From Fistulifera solaris (taxonomy: Eukaryota), in assembly GCA_030295235.1 (NCBI GenBank), contig AP026137.1:1-64000 (forward strand): 64,000 bases of DNA. Reading direction: 5' to 3'. The notes under the pieces are model-generated. The model had not been told where the DNA came from. It did not search any database and saw only the letters and a program-made list of their open reading frames with translations. A program made the position numbers and the translations under genes. Shown in pieces: positions 61,826 to 64,000 of this stretch (position 1 is the first letter of the stretch; every line of letters begins with the position of its first letter).

Positions 61826-63486
61826 TTAAGCCACAGATCGAGATGCTTTCTTTGACCTTCCTGTCGGCTGGACTCTCCTCCGTTTCGCCGCTGCGGTTCG
61901 ACGGGATGCAGAAGGTCTTGCGACCGATGTTACTTCTTCAACAACTTCTGCACGAGTATTAGCAACCGTTTCCAGATCCACCCCAGAAAGCAATTCGCAC
62001 ATCATGTCGGCGTGATGGGACATCAACAATTCCGTGTATCGAAAATTCGACGAAGCCCTTTCCGTCAAAGCCTTTACTACCAGAAACGAACGAGTTGCCG
62101 TCTGCTTTGTTTTCACAAGCGAAGCTGATCCATTGTAAAAATCATTGAGCGCGTAGAGTTTATCGATGGTAGTTCCATTTGTGATTCTCGTTCCGAATTC
62201 GTCCACAACGTTAATCTTTCGATTGCGCGACAACAGTTTCTCGAGCCAGATATACTGGAAATTGTTTTGCGGAAAGACACCTCTGCTTTTGTTGCTGATG
62301 TCCACAACAAACGTTTGTAATGCGGTGTGCTCCTCCATTGCCTCTAGTATACTTCCCAAGTGGGCGACCCAATCGAAACACCTAGAATAACCACTCAAAT
62401 CCAAGTACGTCAATTGCGAGTTGGTGCGAATCGCACGCACCAATGCTTCGGCTACCGGCGCCACCGAAGGAAACGAAAATATAAGCGAGCAGCTAAAGAC
62501 AAAATTTAGTCTTTCGAAATGCCCTAATTCCGCCACCCGATCCCAAAACGCAATCAGTATTTCCTGCCAATCATCTAAATCTCCGTCGGCAAAAACTTTG
62601 AACTTGAGATCTTTCGCCACGATATCGAGGTCATGAAAGTCCTCTGCTTCGATCTGTTCCAAATCGACTGCACAATCCACGGCATTCACCTTGGCGGAAA
62701 GGAAATCAACAACAAAATCATCATCTGGCATGTGGACAAAAAGCGTGTCGAACATCCCCTCTAGTTCCAAAAGACGCTCCAAATTAGCGCTACTAAAAGG
62801 CATTCCTGTAATACCCAGCGATCCGAAAGGAGATTGTCGTTTCTCAAGTGTGTCCACGAAAGCCTTTCCCTTGTCTTTGAAACCAAAGTCACCCTTTCTC
62901 CTATGAATTAGTCTCAAATGGAAAGGATACGGTCGCGTTGCCAGAACCAGGGCCTGACTGGCACTCAAAATTCCTGTATTAAAGTGGAAGCGTCGCTGGG
63001 GGCTCGCATCTAAAATGCGAGCTAGTTTTATTGCTTTCAGAGAGGCAAACAGAAAGTTATTCTCGAAACCGTAAATTAGGAAATCCAAATAATCGACATG
63101 GCTTTCATCTGAATGCTGAAGAGACAGGAACCAAGTTGCCGTCTCGGCAATTGCTTTATCGGTTTTACCAAATATAGCAAACTTTAACTTGTCTTCGTGA
63201 CTAACTTCATCATCATCGTAAATGTTGAAACACAACCTGCGTTCATCATATTGCCCGTAAGCGGTCCGGCCTATACTAAGGATCGTTTCATTTGCACGCC
63301 AAACGGAAATATTGTCGTACGACTTCCATTCAACATCATCGAAATAAGCAGGCTCGCGCAAGAATCTGTGCAGCGAAAGGTTTCCGTAAAAGCGACCGAC
63401 AGAAAATCCTTTTGTTCGGCCGAAAATTCCTCGGGGGGAATGAGTTCGAAGAATGCGTCATCAACAGCTTTCTTCTCCTCCATCAT
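61826..63486 (-). CDS. Array family copy 28, single homopolymer frameshift near 63390 (likely intact)
   Basis: MMEEKK..FFELIPPEE..SVAF plus one T joins YGNLSLHRFLREPAY in ORF 61826..63361. Tail AAKRRRVQPTGRSKK. Confidence 0.72.
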
Positions 63487-63629
63487 TCCCTGCTCCAGAA
63501 CTTCAAAGAAATAACGCAAGACGATAACAAACGAGAAAATTATCAGTTTCAATATCAGGAAGAGGGCAACCAAGAAAATGAAAATGCCGAGAAATAACGG
63601 AATCGATGGGGCGCACTGCAGCGAATGAG

Positions 63630-63830
63630 TGTGGTGTTTACACGTTCCCAGAAAATCTGGGTGATGGGTGTTATCACGTTCCCAGATAATCTGGGTGAGT
63701 GGTGTTTTCCCGTTCCCAGATAATCCGGGCGTGTTGTGTTTTCACGTTCCCAGAAAATCTGGGTGATGGGTGTTTTCGCATGTCCAGAAAATCTGGGAGA
63801 GTTGTGTTTTCACTTTCCCAGAAAATCTAC
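63630..63830. repeat. Satellite C: 6 copies of a 34-bp unit
   Basis: Unit approximately GGTGTTTTCACGTTCCCAGAAAATCTGGGTGATG. CCAGA at 63648, 63682, 63716, 63750, 63784 and 63818. Confidence 0.93.
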
Positions 63831-64000
63831 AGCTGGTTGCATAGCGGCACTATTCATTCTCATGTAGCCCGGTACAAATTCTACACAGCGCCAAAAAAAT
63901 GATGAAGTCTTCTTTATTGTTAAATATTTATTCCTAATTTTCCTGAAATGCGGATGCTTTTTCGACATTTGACTGAATTTTCCACTGGTTTTTCTCTTTT

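Noticed and set aside
3026..63486. Introns as the explanation for frame breaks in family genes
   Set aside because: Intact copies are single ORFs, and the breaks I examined are small indels or point stops with protein similarity continuing on both sides.
1..64000. tRNA or rRNA genes
   Set aside because: None recognised by eye. tRNAscan-SE and Infernal would be needed to exclude them.

Overview
This is a eukaryotic chromosome end, almost certainly from a diatom. It begins with a (CCCTAA)n telomere, followed about 950 bp in by a two-exon, plastid-targeted class II fructose-bisphosphate aldolase with an ASAFAP-type presequence. Most of the rest (about 3.0-63.5 kb) is a tandem array of about 28 copies or fragments of one apparently intronless, uncharacterised 470-560 aa protein family. 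The family has an LRR/RNI-like C-terminal half and a basic NLS-like tail; from memory only (unverified) it resembles Fistulifera hypothetical proteins. All copies but one are on the minus strand. Four have clean ORFs, several are broken only by 1-nt indels in homopolymers (possibly assembly errors), and the rest are true pseudogenes, fusions or 3' fragments. Interspersed are a TIR DNA transposon with a Harbinger-like transposase remnant, a 500-bp foldback element, a Ty1/copia remnant, a DUF6604-like gene, a ~239-bp tandem repeat and three satellites sharing a CCAGA-W3-TCTGG palindrome. Two dyad motifs (YCANGACTG-N5-CAGTCNTGR and TACCWGGTA) recur in intergenic DNA. All calls are by eye, and pseudogene boundaries are approximate.
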